This document shows positions 50,397 to 63,577 of a stretch of 64,000 nt of DNA, one piece after another (within the stretch, counting starts at the first letter, position 1; every line of letters begins with the position of its first letter). The notes below the pieces were generated by a model. It searched no databases. It saw nothing but the letters and a program-made list of their open reading frames with translations, and was not told the DNA's origin. The stretch is taken from contig OZ024755.1 in NCBI GenBank assembly GCA_964016885.1, forward strand, positions 1,674,001-1,738,000, in the 5' to 3' direction. A program made the position numbers and the translations under genes. Origin of the DNA: Eledone cirrhosa (taxonomy: Eukaryota).

Positions 50397-51146
50397 GTAA
50401 AAGACTTGGTTTTTATCACATTTCTATTTATAGATTTGTAAATTTGGGTTAGTGTGTTAACAGCTATAAATCTTATCAAACAATCATGGAATTAAAGACA
50501 TTCCAAACACGACTCCTCTTTTTTTTTTATATCTAACAATATTCAGTCCACCCTGTAAGGTGGTCATGTTGGGGACATAACAAAAAGCTCCCAGTCCACC
50601 CTGTAAGATGGTTGTTTCAATTCCACTCTAATGTGGTTGGTCTTACGAAGGGCATCCAGCTGTAGAAACCAAACCAATATGCAGATTTGTATGAGCAGGT
50701 TGTGGTCTCCAGGCCTAACTTGTCTCGTAACATAACAACTCTTCTACCCCATGGAAAAATGGACGTCAAACGATGATGATGTAGTCCAGTGTGTTCTTTC
50801 TGTAAACTGATTTTGATGGCGTTTTGACTGCTATTTCTAGTATATCAAGTGACCACATAGAGCTTCTTTGTTGTTTTGTTAGTATTAATTATGTTGCCAG
50901 TAGTGATGTAAGATATTTGATTGTTTTACATATTTATTCCAAATGATGTTGTCATCAGATGGGGAGCACTGTCCTCAAACACTCCTTCCAGTGGGTCCTG
51001 TCAGAAGCAATTGATCCAGCTGGATCCCCAAGTGAAACCAGACAAATTCATAGATGTTTTCTAACCTTCTTATTTAGGGGTTACTTATGTTGTTAAAAGG
51101 TTTTTAAGCATTTCAACTAATTCAAAATAAATTATTTTCTGTGCAG

Positions 51147-51282
51147 AAAACTTCGGTATATTATTGAAGAATACTCAACACGTGTTGGTCAGCAAGCAGT
51201 GGTACTTTGCTGTACACCTGGCAAACCTAACCAAAATTACCAATCTTTTAAAGTGTTTGGTTCTCAACCTTTAGAAACAGTG
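51147..51282 (+). CDS. NRF1: NRF1 coding exon 3
   Basis: KLRYIIEEYSTRVGQQAVVLCCTPGKPNQNYQSFKVFGSQPLETV; tgcag| and |gtaagt boundaries. Confidence 0.95.
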
Positions 51283-51897
51283 GTAAGTTCTTCATTTTTA
51301 TAATTTTTTAAAATTGTGTGTAAATAATTTAATTTAATGTCTTATGTGGTGAAATAGTTAAACAGAATATCTATAAACGGTGATGATGATGTTATTTCTG
51401 TTCTTTTGATTGTGAGTTCATTCATACCTTGGGGCTTTTCAAATCCTGTCATGGTCAACTTTGACTTTCATCATTTCTAAGTTGATAAATAAAATAGCAG
51501 GGGTTGGGGTTAGGGGTGCAGAATTGTTAGAGAGTATTGGATGAGATGTTTCATAATATCTCTTCTGGTTCTTTTGATTTGTGAGTTCAAATTCAGCACC
51601 CTGTTTAACATGTACCTGGCTACCATAGACAGGTAGACCAATATGTACCTGGCTACCATAGACAGGTAGATGATCTAAAAGCAACATAGTTGTCAAGGTT
51701 ACATCCATCAGTAGATTGGATAGATATAGAATATTAGATTTCAGATTCAATATATTCAAGAATTTTTAACAGTAATTATTTGATAAGATCTAAACTTTAA
51801 TATTACACAATACTGTGTCTGCTGTTGTCTATATAAAGACACAGTCATTAGTAATTCAATTAATTACCCTCATTAAGTTGTATTGTTCTCTTTGAAG

Positions 51898-52047
51898 GTT
51901 CGCAATTCCAAAGGAATTATTATGCAAGACTTGGAAACAGCACTGGCACAACAGGCACCACCTTCACAACAAGAAGACCCAAATTTACACAAATTACCAC
52001 CTCTTGTAATTGATGGTATCCCAACCCCTGTAGATAAAATGACACAG
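51898..52047 (+). CDS. NRF1: NRF1 coding exon 4
   Basis: VRNSKGIIMQDLETALAQQAP...LPPLVIDGIPTPVDKMTQ. Confidence 0.95.
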
Positions 52048-52319
52048 GTAAGTTCAGTTGGGTTTTGTTAAACAAGGCATTAGCTGTCACCCTTTCAATA
52101 TTCATAGCTAGAAGCTTTCTAAATGTTTATATATTAAATATACCATATATCATTAGATTCACTGATTTATTTATTTTTGTATATACTTGGGGTTGATGTG
52201 AAGTCAAGGATTTCACCAAGGGGTCAATGGTTTGAGGGATTCCTGTCATAAATCCTTACCTTTGATAATATATTTGTAACATCCTCTATTTTAACTAATT
52301 TCTATTTCTATGTATGCAG

Positions 52320-52478
52320 GCTCAATTACGTGCTTTTATACCTGAAATGTTAAAGTACTCGACGGGCCGCAGTAAACCTGGATGGGGTAAGATTGAATAT
52401 AGGCCTGTTTGGTGGCCTGATGATGTACCATGGGCAAACGTACGCAGTGATGCTCGTAGCGAGGATGAAAAACGGAAG
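52320..52478 (+). CDS. NRF1: NRF1 coding exon 5
   Basis: AQLRAFIPEMLKYSTGRSKPGWGK...PVWWPDDVPWANVRSDARSEDEKRK. Confidence 0.96.
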
Positions 52479-52632
52479 GTTCGTGCCTTTATACAACTTG
52501 AGTTACATTTTATTTCAAATTGTGGATTTTTGTTTTTGTTTTCCTTTCCTCATGTGTATATATATATATATATATATATATGTTAAGACTATTGTCTTGT
52601 TCTTTGTCTGTTCATTATTTATTGTCTTCTAG

Positions 52633-52878
52633 GTATCATGGACACATGCTTTAAGACAGATTGTGAAGAACTGCTACAAATTTCATGGTCGAGAAGACTT
52701 ACTCCCTGAATTCACTGAAGAGAATCCAGCCTCCCCACCCCAGCAATATACAGGGACTATGGTACAGACTATCAACAACCCTGATGGCAGTGTTTCTATT
52801 ATTCAAATTGACACAGGTACTCCTGGAAGTGCTGTAGTTACGCTACCTGATGGAACACAAGCCACTGTTGTTCATGCT
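52633..52878 (+). CDS. NRF1: NRF1 coding exon 6
   Basis: VSWTHALRQIVKNCYKFHGREDLLPEF...TMVQTINNPDGSVSIIQIDT. Confidence 0.95.
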
Positions 52879-52926
52879 GTGAGTAATGAGTCACTTTATT
52901 TTACTGTTCAGATATGTGTATATATG

Positions 52927-52969
<43 letters not shown>

Positions 52970-53082
52970 ATATATGTATATATGTGTGTGTATGCATATA
53001 TGTATGTATAAATGATTATATATGTATATAATCATTTATTAAGAATTTAATTATGAAATCTTGGTAATACCTTTCTGTGAAG

Positions 53083-53296
53083 GTGCCTGACAACCCACAA
53101 CAGGAGGCCACACAAGCTGTCCAAACTCTAGCAGATGTTGCCACTCACCAAGAAGCCAATACAAGTATGGGCCATCCAACGCCAGTTCGAGTTGAAATGA
53201 ATACTGATGGTGAGGCCCCAACTGTAGCCACATTAGCTGAAGCAACAGTCAATCATGATGGACAAATTATATTAACTGGAGATGCTACTTTAGGCG
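53083..53296 (+). CDS. NRF1: NRF1 coding exon 7
   Basis: QAVQTLADVA...VATLAEAT...GQIILTG, the activation-domain hydrophobic clusters; donor G|GTGAGT. Confidence 0.88.
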
Positions 53297-53558
53297 GTGA
53301 GTCCTATATATTCTTAAGAGGGAAACTTTACAGTTCTATCATCATTTAACATCTATTTGAATTAAATAACATGCTATATTGTTAAATAATAGTGTAATGT
53401 GAAACTATATAATATAATACAGTTTATTATAGTGATTAATATGAAACTATATAATATAATACAGTTTATTATAGTAACTGATGTGAATACAATACAGTTT
53501 GTTAAGTAATATTAACTAATGTGCAGAAGATCTTAACTCTTGTTTTGTTGTTATTCAG

Positions 53559-53779
53559 GTATAGTAACATTTCCTGTGTCTATGTTTCACAACATGACTG
53601 CATTCAAGACCACAGATCTTCACGGACAGAACAACTACCGTATAGCAACAGTTACTCAAAGCCAGGACAATGAATTGTCTCACCAAAATATTGACGACAA
53701 TAACCACCTTTCTATTACCAATTCAGATGGAACTGTAGCTAACGTCACAATGGAAGTGATGACTGTTGACCAATCCTGA
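53559..53779 (+). CDS. NRF1: NRF1 coding exon 8 (terminal)
   Basis: GIVTFPVSMFHNM...MEVMTVDQS*. The eight exons sum to 1443 nt, or 480 aa plus stop, with consistent phases. Confidence 0.88.
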
Positions 53780-54489
53780 CTGTTGCTGGAATCCTGGAAT
53801 GTTCAACTAATTCTGTCTGTGATATATTTCCATCTAGTCTTTTTCTCTTTAACCATCTTCATGCTATTCTATGTAGCCATGAGACAATTGTACAAGCAAG
53901 TAAATAAGCAACTCACCACCCTACACATTCAACAACTCACATCTTCATTAATCCATTTTCTCATCCATTCTTCAAGGTATTGGTTCTTTGCTAGTATTTT
54001 TATATTTGTGGATAAGCATTCCTCTTAACTTCCAACCAACAAACAAAGCCTGGATATTTTTAGGGTTGTTTTCTTTTAAATATTTCAAATGTTATTATCT
54101 GACCCTAAGTTCTTGCCTGCGAACAAAAATAATCTAAGAAATTTCTCCGATATTCTAGCGTGATTTTCTATTTTGTTTAAATAGCTTATATTATTGCTGT
54201 TTCTCCTAGCTTCCTTATCTCATCTGGTTTTTTGTTGTAGTCTTTTAATATGTTGCTGTCTGTTGTAAACAATTTTTATTTTTACATACATTGCAATATA
54301 TATATATATATAACAGCTATATACACATCGTCTAAAAACAAAATATCAACAACAAAAGACCACATAAATATATATACTGCATATATACATACAAACACAG
54401 GTACACATGTATCACAGAATTAACAGTTGTAAAAATCCTTTCTATTCACTGCCAGACCAGAATTAAAAATGGGCTGTGAAAAATCCACA

Positions 54490-54782
54490 CATATAGCTAT
54501 ATATACACATTATATAGCTATATATACACATTATATAGCTATATATATACACATTATATAGCTTTATATACACATTATATAGCTTTATATACACAAATTA
54601 TATATAGCTATATATACACACATTATATAGCTATATATTCACACATTATATGTAGCTATATATCCACACATTATATAGCTATATATTCACACATTATATA
54701 TAGCTATATATACACATTATATAGCTATATATACACACATTATATATAGCTGTATATACACATTATATATAGCTATATATAC
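54490..54782. repeat. ~20-24 bp AT-rich minisatellite
   Basis: tatagctatatatacacatta variants in tandem. Confidence 0.9.
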
Positions 54783-55485
54783 AGGTTTATTATTAATCAT
54801 GTAAAATTATGTTTTGTGTAATGTCTGTCTTATTTATTTTACATCCCTTTAAATAATTCTACAATTAATTCTTTGCATTGATTTATTTGTACTATAAGAA
54901 TTTTACAATTTTACTTTTCCTCTGTTGAAATTTTTAGAGACACATTTTATTTTATTTTAATTCTAAAATATAACTTAAATATTTTGACATCCAATCTGAT
55001 GCCGACATATTTTGGTATTGGTGTGGGGGAGGGACAGCAGCTATATTGAAAGTCACATCATCCAGTCACCAACAAACAAATCTAATATAATGAAATAGAT
55101 GGCATTAACAACTGTGTTGAAGAGTTGGAAAGATTTATATGATAACTTTTGTGGGAACCAATTTAATAACATTCTTGTTAAATCAATCACCCGCTGACAT
55201 GAGCATAATTGCAAAAATCTATCATGTGTGAAAGATGGAAGACTGAAGTCTATTTAGGTTGTTTTCCTTATCTGTTTTACATGAAATTGTTGTTGGAGCA
55301 TTCACTCCTTGTATAAACATGAAGTACTGGTTTGTATAAACAGATTATTCTATTTTCTTTTGTTTTATTATATTGCATTACAATTGTCTGGAAAGTTTTG
55401 TAGAAATGGAAGCTACAAGATTTAAGATATTTTGAAGTTACTGCTTGTTGCTGTCTTCAAGTTCAGTAAACTGTTTGGAATAATG

Positions 55486-55757
55486 TGGCCAGCTATTAGA
55501 ATCTTCTGACCATTGCTTGGCCAGTTAGAATCTTCTGACCATTGCTTGGCCAGCTAGAATCTTTTGACCATTGCTTGGCCAGCTAGAATCTTTTGACCAT
55601 TGCTTGGCCAGCTAGAATCTTTTGACCATTGCTTGGCCAGCTAGAATCTTTTGACCATTGCTTGGCCAGCTATTAGAATCTTTTGACCATTGCTTGGCCA
55701 GCTATTAGAATCTTTTGACCATTGCTTGGCCAGCTATTAGAATTTTCTGACCATTGA
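55486..55757. repeat. 29/32-bp minisatellite, about 9 copies
   Basis: gaatcttttgaccattgcttggccagcta(tta). Confidence 0.95.
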
Positions 55758-56964
55758 TTACTAATGAAATCCTTTTTAATGAAATTTTCTTTTGTGACCC
55801 TCCTCCTATTTTTAATAGCTGAGTAAGGTATCCAAAGTTGTATTTGAAACAGTCAACCATTAATGCTTATAACATATGAACATATTTTAAAAGTTATTAA
55901 GATTGTCCTTACAAATATTGCTTTTTTTTAAACATTTGATTCTTAATTTATCTGTCAAGCTGAATATTTAAAATTTCATAATAGGAATTATGGACAGAAG
56001 TGAAAATACAGGAATGGTTGTGTGATTAGGAAGTTCACCCTGTAACTGTTTGGTCTCTGGTTCTATCCCACTGTACGGTACCTGAGGCTAGTCCCTTCTA
56101 CTATATATATAACCTTGAACCAACCAATGTCTTGAGTGCATTTGGTAGATAGAAACTGTAAAGAAGCCTGTATGCATATATGTGGTTGTGTTTAAATTAG
56201 ACTGTTAATATTTTAGGGGACAAATCACCAAAAATAGGTTTGACTTAGTTTCTTTTATAATAACTGTATGGTATGGTATGGTTTAAAAGTTGAAAATTTG
56301 CCTGACATAAGATATGTGAAGAGGCAAGGTCGGCTTATATTCGAGGTCAATATAAGAGTTCAGAGGACTTTATTAATATAACTAACTTTTATATTATTGA
56401 GCTGGTGTTTAGAACATAGCTTAATAATGGTTCTTGCATAAAATTATGATGGAATGTTATTGGATAAATATAAACAATTTAAAATAAATAGCTATCAGAG
56501 AAGCAGTCGGTGATTCAGGCAGTTTAATATCAAAAGAGTGAAGTAAATACCTTGATATATGTAAACATGTCTTTCTCGACAGCCTTAGTTAAATATTGTA
56601 CAGTTTCACTACAGATATTTATTGTATACAGTTTAATACATAAAAACATCAGCTGTAATTAATTTTACTACCTGAAAAGCATGAAATTAGAATGAATTTA
56701 CAGGTGTTGATAATTTTAAAATAGAAACTTTATTAAAACATATGTTCTACAATTCTAAAACAAAACTGAATTATATTGTTAATACTGAACTCTGCTTTTT
56801 TTCTACCCTGACACACAAAAAAGGGTTTTTTTAATTAGCCAAGTTTTATTTTACTTTATTGTAAAGAAATATGTGGTACTTACAACGAAATTGTTTATTC
56901 CCTGCAAGTGGTTTGAGAAATAGTTTATAATAATGATTATTATTATTATTATTATTGTCAATAG

Positions 56965-57182
56965 AGGGTGGCAGATTGGCAGAACCGGTAGAGCATCGGA
57001 CAACATGCTTTGTGGCATAGAGTTACATCCCTTGTGTTCAAATCCTGCTAAGGTTAAACTTTACCTTTCATCTTTACAGGGTTGATAAAATAAAGTACCA
57101 GTAATACACTGGGGTTGATTTAATTGACTTTTCCCTACCCCAAAAATTGTTGTCCTCATGCCTAAATCAGAAACCATTATTA
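56965..57182 (+). mobile_element. tRNA-derived SINE, family A, full length
   Basis: tggcagaaccggtagagcatcggac head, gttcaaatcc B box, family core and (TTA)n tail. Confidence 0.75.
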
Positions 57183-57584
57183 TTATCAATATTTATATTA
57201 TTTGCCTTACTCTTAAATTTTTTGTTTAATGTTGAAAATTACTGTTATTTCATTCTTCAGACTTGGCTTTATGTATAGTACCTGTGTATAGACCCTCTGT
57301 ATTGAACCTATGTATAGTCACATTCTATATTAATTTCTAAGACTCCTTCTGTAGACCTATCGAACTATTTTCTTTATTTAAAAAAATTTAATTTAAAGCC
57401 CCTGTAATATCTTAGGTGAATCAGGTTTTCATATCAGAAATAAAACTGCTTTTTTAAGAATTAAAATTGACCATAGGGTATATATAATCTTTGAATGTGT
57501 CTCTCTAATATGTCCTCACCATAGGGTGTATATAATCTTTGAATGTGTCTCTCTATATTTTTACGATAGGGTATATATAATCAT

Positions 57585-57786
57585 AATGTCATGGGTTTGA
57601 TTCCTGGGTTTTGTGTTGTGTTCTTGAGCAAAACACACCATTTCACGTTGCTCCAGTATACTCAGCTGAAAAATGGGTACCAGGATTAGCTGGGGGTTTA
57701 ACCGGTGTCAAGGAATTTTGTACTCTCAGTTGCTTAACAGAGAGATAAGTACTGACCTGATGAGCCTCCTGGCTCGAGACAGACCA
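57585..57786 (+). mobile_element. SINE with family-B-like core and a different tail
   Basis: ggtttgattcc B box, core gtgttgtgttcttgagcaaaacac...gctccagtatactcagctg, tail cctgatgagcctcctggctcgagacagac. Confidence 0.6.
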
Positions 57787-58244
57787 TAGATGTTTTTTTA
57801 GACTAATGTATTAGTGTCATGATTTGTAAGGGGTTTCAACATCAGACCAACAGCATGTTGTGTTTTAGAGTAAGGAACCTCATTCTATGTTGCTTCGGTC
57901 TTCTCACCTGAAGATGAATACCAGCAGCTGTTAACTTTGTGATGGTCATGAAACTAGGATAACCTTATAGGTTCAAAGAAAGTCTTTAAATAGATATCTA
58001 CCTTCTAAAAACAAAACAAAAGGCATGGTATGAGAATGTTACAAAGTATGGTGGTAATTATTCAAGTAACTATTTAAAAAACACCAACTATTTTACTAAG
58101 TTACTAATGCTTCTAGTACCATTATTTCACTGAGACATGAATAATCTTTCTAGAATGATCTAATGAAACCAGGTTTTTTATCTTACAGAAAACTAGTCAG
58201 GATTTTCAATTTATTATTTACACAATAACAATATTGTTTTATAT

Positions 58245-58632
58245 TTATATATATATATATATATATATATTTATTTATATATATATATATATTTATATAT
58301 AAATATAAAATATTTATATATATATATATTTATTTATATTTATATATATATATATTTATTTATATATATATTTATTTATATGTATATATATATATATATA
58401 TATATTTATATGTATATATATATATATATATTTATTTATTTATATATATATTTATATTTATTAAAATAACAGATTAAAGTTTAAGCAAAGAATTGCTGCT
58501 TTGACCCTTAATGGAATCTTCTGAAACTGAGTTTCAGAAGATTCCATTAAGGGTGAAAGCAGCGATTCTTTGCTTATATATATATTGATATATATATTTA
58601 TATTTTTATATATTTATATATATATATATATC
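58245..58632. repeat. (TA)/(TTTA) microsatellite containing a fold-back
   Basis: AT repeats flank an inverted repeat at about 58480-58577. Confidence 0.85.
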
Positions 58633-59670
58633 ATTTAAATAATTATATTGTTGAGCACACACAAACACACGTATGTATGTAATTTAATTCAACATTTTTG
58701 CAACATGTTTAATGTGGCAGGATTCCACACTAAATATATCGCTGTGTTGGTTACACCCCCACCCCCCTGTTGATGGTAAGTTGTTTACTTACAATTACCA
58801 GTAATATAAGTGGGGAAAAGATGCTTATAAATATGTCTATGAAATAATTCTACAAAAAAAAAATGAAATAATAATTTAAAAAAAAAAGCCAGACACTTTA
58901 ATAAAATTAAAGAAAATTATCTTGTTTATTTCTTGTTTTTATTTCTCATATCTTAAAATACATTTGTCTCTAATATTTAAATGTTATATCTTTTATTTAA
59001 ACCGGTTGTATCCGGCCAGAATGTTCTCACCTCTGTTCAAACCAGCCGTAACCAGCTGCACATATTGATGTTACTATAATGTTTTCAAAATAAATAACAT
59101 CAAAATCTCATAGGTTCAATACTATGTTAATAATTATGTGAGATAAAGTCCTTATCACAAAAATACAATAGTATATATAATGTAAATATTATGTGAGGTA
59201 AAGCCTTTATTGTGGAAATACAATAGTATATATAATGTAAATATTATGTGAGGTAAAGCCTTTACTGTGGAAATACAATAGTATATATAGAGTAATGTAA
59301 AGGGTTAAAGTGGTGACATGGGTATGGCAATATCTCTAGTGTTGGTGACATACACCCAGTACACTCTGTAAAGTGGTTGGTGATAGTTGTAAGCCACACA
59401 AAGGACTCGTCAGTTGTGTTATTGTAGACATGAAGAAGTGCATCCTGTGGTGTGCAGGAGCTTATATAAAGGATATATAATCTTAAGTTAATCCTTTAGA
59501 ACTTCTGATTCTGTATTAGCATGAAGAGGTCATCGTCAAAGCAGTTTGTACCTCATAAGACTAAAGAGCTCACATTACTTTACATTGTTGATACAATCCA
59601 TTAAAAAACAGGGGAGGCTACTCTTTTAACTTAACATCGAGCAAGGTAATTGAGAAAATAGATTGACAAC

Positions 59671-61173
59671 ATGTCGTCTTGGTCGAAGCTGCGTGGGTTT
59701 TTACATCCGCGAAGGCTAAAAAATCTGTCTTTGAGAGAACCATGTCATTTACTTACACGGAACACTCTTCCTTATCGAACTTTCTCAACGCACCAACCTT
59801 CTATACAAGAAATTCTTCAGAATGCCGCTTCTAACCAAGAAAATTCCAACGTGACTCTAACCGGCTGGATTCGTTCCTTACGAAAACATAAGAACAATGT
59901 ATTTCTCCAACTCTCCGATGGATCTACCTGCAACCATTTACAGGTAATATGTAATGCAAATGTATATGACGACTGCGAAGCAAAATACGGCAGTAGTATA
60001 TTAGTTGAAGGAAAACTTGTTCCGAGTCCTTCGCCAGATCATGCCGTAGAAGTTGAAGCTGGTAAAATTCGTGTCCTTGGCGACTGTGATTCTCACCTTT
60101 ATCCATTCAAAGCCAGGAGAAAACACACGCATGACTATGTCAGGGGTTATCTTCATTTGAGGCCCCGTACTAATTATTTTAGTGCAGTTCTAAGAATGAG
60201 AAATGCCTTATCTATGGCAATTCATGATTATTTCCAAAACAATGGCTATTGTTTTATTCACACACCAATTCTAACACCGTCTGACTGTGAAGGAGCCGGC
60301 CAAGTATTTCAAGTTGACACAGCTCTATTTAATGATCCATCGAAATTAGAAAACGATAAAAGAAAACATTTCTTTAACCAAAATACGTATTTAACTGTTT
60401 CGGGGCAACTTCATTTAGAAGCTGTGTGTGGTTCTTTTAGGCGGTCTTATAGTTTTGGGCCAACATACCGAGCAGAAAAATCAACCGGTAAACTACATTT
60501 AGCAGAATTTTATATGGTTGAAGCTGAAGTGGCATTCTTGGACAATGGCCTGGAAGAATTGATGACCATTCAACAAGGGATTATCAAATCTACTTTTAAA
60601 CAATTACTTGATAAACATAATACAGATTTGAATTTCTTTTTCAAACAAATGCCAGAAAAATACAGATTAAGTCTTGAAAAGATGACGGACCGTGAGTTTC
60701 ATAAAATATCCTACACAGATGCGATTGATTTATTGGTAAAGAATAACGAGGAGTTCGATTTCCCCATTTTCTGGGGTGAGGACTTGAAAAAAGAGCACGA
60801 AAGATTTTTGGTGAGTTATTTCGACAACACTCCGGTCTTTGTGTTTAATTTTCCTCTTGAAATTAAACCATTCTATGCCCGAGTAAATGATGATGGACAG
60901 ACGGTAGCTGCAGTCGATCTTCTCGTTCCTGAAGTAGGGGAGTTGATTGGCGGTAGTGTAAGGGAAGAAAGGTTACCTATTCTACAACAAAAATTAAAAG
61001 AATTATCTTTAGATGAACAATATAGTTGGTATCTTGACTTACGGAGATTCGGGACCACAAAACACGGAGGTTTTGGTCTTGGTTTCGAAAGATATTTGCA
61101 ATATCTACTGAATATTTCATCTATTAAAGACACTATTCCTTTCCCACGATATTATGGTAGTTGTAAGATTTAA
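59671..61173 (+). CDS. NARS2: Mitochondrial asparagine--tRNA ligase, intronless CDS
   Basis: 500 aa. Arg/Leu-rich N-terminal presequence without acidic clusters, OB-fold (GWIRSLR..FLQLSDGS), HTPILT.SDCEGAG, LTVSGQLHLE, motif 2 YRAE..HLAEFYMVEAE, GGSVREER and motif 3 HGGFGLGFER. This is a bacterial-type AsnRS. Confidence 0.96.
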   Translation: MSSWSKLRGFLHPRRLKNLSLREPCHLLTRNTLPYRTFSTHQPSIQEILQNAASNQENSNVTLTGWIRSLRKHKNNVFLQLSDGSTCNHLQVICNANVYDDCEAKYGSSILVEGKLVPSPSPDHAVEVEAGKIRVLGDCDSHLYPFKARRKHTHDYVRGYLHLRPRTNYFSAVLRMRNALSMAIHDYFQNNGYCFIHTPILTPSDCEGAGQVFQVDTALFNDPSKLENDKRKHFFNQNTYLTVSGQLHLEAVCGSFRRSYSFGPTYRAEKSTGKLHLAEFYMVEAEVAFLDNGLEELMTIQQGIIKSTFKQLLDKHNTDLNFFFKQMPEKYRLSLEKMTDREFHKISYTDAIDLLVKNNEEFDFPIFWGEDLKKEHERFLVSYFDNTPVFVFNFPLEIKPFYARVNDDGQTVAAVDLLVPEVGELIGGSVREERLPILQQKLKELSLDEQYSWYLDLRRFGTTKHGGFGLGFERYLQYLLNISSIKDTIPFPRYYGSCKI

Positions 61174-61638
61174 AGATTTAAAAAAAAAGGATTTTCTTTT
61201 ATACAAAACAAATTTGAAAATGTACCCGCCTCCCCTAAAAATAGCAGGAATCAAGTTTGAAAATAAATTCGTTATAATGTTTTCTAATGACTATTCTATG
61301 ACCCCCTGTTTTGGGAGCTCTGTAGTGACATACGGTGTTTCTTGGGCATTTTAAACCTGGTCGAGCCCATCGCCTCTCCAGGATATATCTTCCTTTATTA
61401 CCAGCCTTTTTATTTCAGGTTTATTTCCAAGATAGGTGTCCCTGTCATAATTAAAGGAGTTAGTGTTTGAACATCCATTGGCTGGTTGAACATATATGTA
61501 TATATATAAACAATGAGTTAAAGAGTACGTTGATATGTAATCAACTAACTTGGATTTATAACAGATACGAATCACTCAACAATTATCTATCTGGAGTATC
61601 ATGATAATCGTAATAAACGAAAGATATAACTTTATATC

Positions 61639-61690
<52 letters not shown>

Positions 61691-61705
61691 CATATATATA
61701 CATAT

Positions 61706-62115
61706 ATGGTGGCTGCCAACTCGTTTTCGAGTACGGCCACCACCTTATATCCATGTAGGAGAACCCCTACCGATGCGCTGAACGAGTGTGACTTTTTAGT
61801 CCAGCCAGCGACTTGAAAAATCTGGTACAAACACTACACTTGTGACAATTACTGACACATAGTGCTGGGCCCATGGTACCATGTGATGACAAGTGCAGAG
61901 AGATCTCCAGATATAAAGCAATGCCTGTGCCGTGAAGCTTTTATAGTGAGCAAAGGCACTGCACAAAGCCAGTCCCACTCTCTTAACCAAGATGATATTT
62001 ACCAAAAAGGAGAATAAGTCAACATCGTTGGATACCATCAGGGTTGCAGGTGTTATATCAGAGTTTTCCTTCTCCTAGAATTCTGCCTTGACAAAGGCTA
62101 AGGGGTCATCTCTCC
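61706..62115 (-). mobile_element. RTE LINE 5'-UTR-like fragment, copy 1
   Basis: The minus strand carries ctaggagaaggaaaactctga, a motif I associate with RTE 5' UTRs. Embedded in TA microsatellite. Confidence 0.55.
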
Positions 62116-62190
62116 AAGTACATATACACATACATACATATATACCTACACATATACATACATATACATATATATATACATATATATATA

Positions 62191-62803
62191 TATGGTGGCT
62201 GCCAACTCGTTTTCGAGTACAGCCACTACTTTATATCCATGTAGGAGAACTCCTACCGATGCGCTGAACTAGTGTGACTTTTTAGTCCAGCCAGCAACTT
62301 GAACACTGGTACAAACACTACACTTGTGACAATCATTGACACATAGTGAAGGGCCCATGGTACCACGTGATGACAAGTGCAGAGAGATCTCCAGATATAA
62401 AGCAATGCTTGTGTCGTGTAGCTTTTATAGTGAGCAAAGGCACTGCACAAAGCCAGTCCCACTCTCTTAACCAAGATGATATTTACCAAAAAGAAGAACA
62501 AGTCAACATCATTGGATATCATCAGGGTTGCAGGTGTTATATCAGAGTTTTCCTTCTCCTAGAATTCTGCCTTGACAAAGGCTAAGGAGTCATCTCTCCC
62601 GGTGATTTTGGATGGCCATTGACTCTTTGGCATTTGAGCTCCTTTGCCCTTTGACAGGTTTTGTTTTTAGTCCTGCAGGATGTCCAGTCACCCTCCTCAC
62701 CAAGAAACCTTGGTGGGGTTGCCAGTTTAGTCGCCAACGACCCGACCATGAGACAGGTTGTTCTGGGATACATGTTACCAGTAGCACCAACTGGTGACCT
62801 GAC
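62191..62803 (-). mobile_element. RTE LINE 5'-UTR-like fragment, copy 2 (longer)
   Basis: Diverged direct repeat of 61706-62115 extended by about 200 bp. Confidence 0.55.
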
Positions 62804-63032
62804 ATAAATGTGTATATATATATGTATATATACATATATATATACACATTTATACATATATATATATATATATACATGTATATATGTATGTATATATGCA
62901 TATATATATACACATTTATACATATATATATACACACACATATATATATATCATACATATATATTGTATATATAGACATTATATATATATATATATATAT
63001 TGTATATATATATATATTGTATATATATATAT

Positions 63033-63069
<37 letters not shown>

Positions 63070-63299
63070 TATAAATATATAATAATAATAATAATGAAAT
63101 ATTGTGTACAGTGCTCAGGTGCACTACAACTCATCAAAAAGTGTATGTATAGTACATAGGGTAATATACAAACGTCAGGAAAATGAACAGTGCATGAGTC
63201 ATGATACACACGTGTGCATGTGCATGGAAGGGGTACATCAGGTGTAGTTTTGGCGTATTTCGGGAAGCATATTATATATATGTATTATTATATATATAT

Positions 63300-63510
63300 A
63301 TCATCATCGTTTAACGTCTATCTTCCACGCTAGCATGGGTTAGACGGGAGTTGTCCCACTTGAGGCAAGGTAGGTCGGGTGACCGTGTCTCGTTCATATA
63401 GGACTATCTGGCAGGTTTTCTACGGCTGGATGCCCTTCCTAACACCAACCAGATTTACAGTGTGGACTAGGAGATTTTTACTGTGTTACCTACACGGCCA
63501 GCGTGGACTG
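63300..63510 (-). mobile_element. RTE/SINE-B tail copy
   Basis: Reverse complement of 32125-32325 (ggatgcccttcctaacaccaacc; catcatcgtttaacgtc). Confidence 0.8.
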
Positions 63511-63546
63511 TGTTTTTATATATATACATTATATATATTTATGCAT

Positions 63547-63577
<31 letters not shown>

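Noticed and set aside
57755-57785. CTGATGAGCC...GGCTCGAGAC as a hammerhead
   Set aside because: Has GAGA rather than the required GAAA and lies in a SINE tail.
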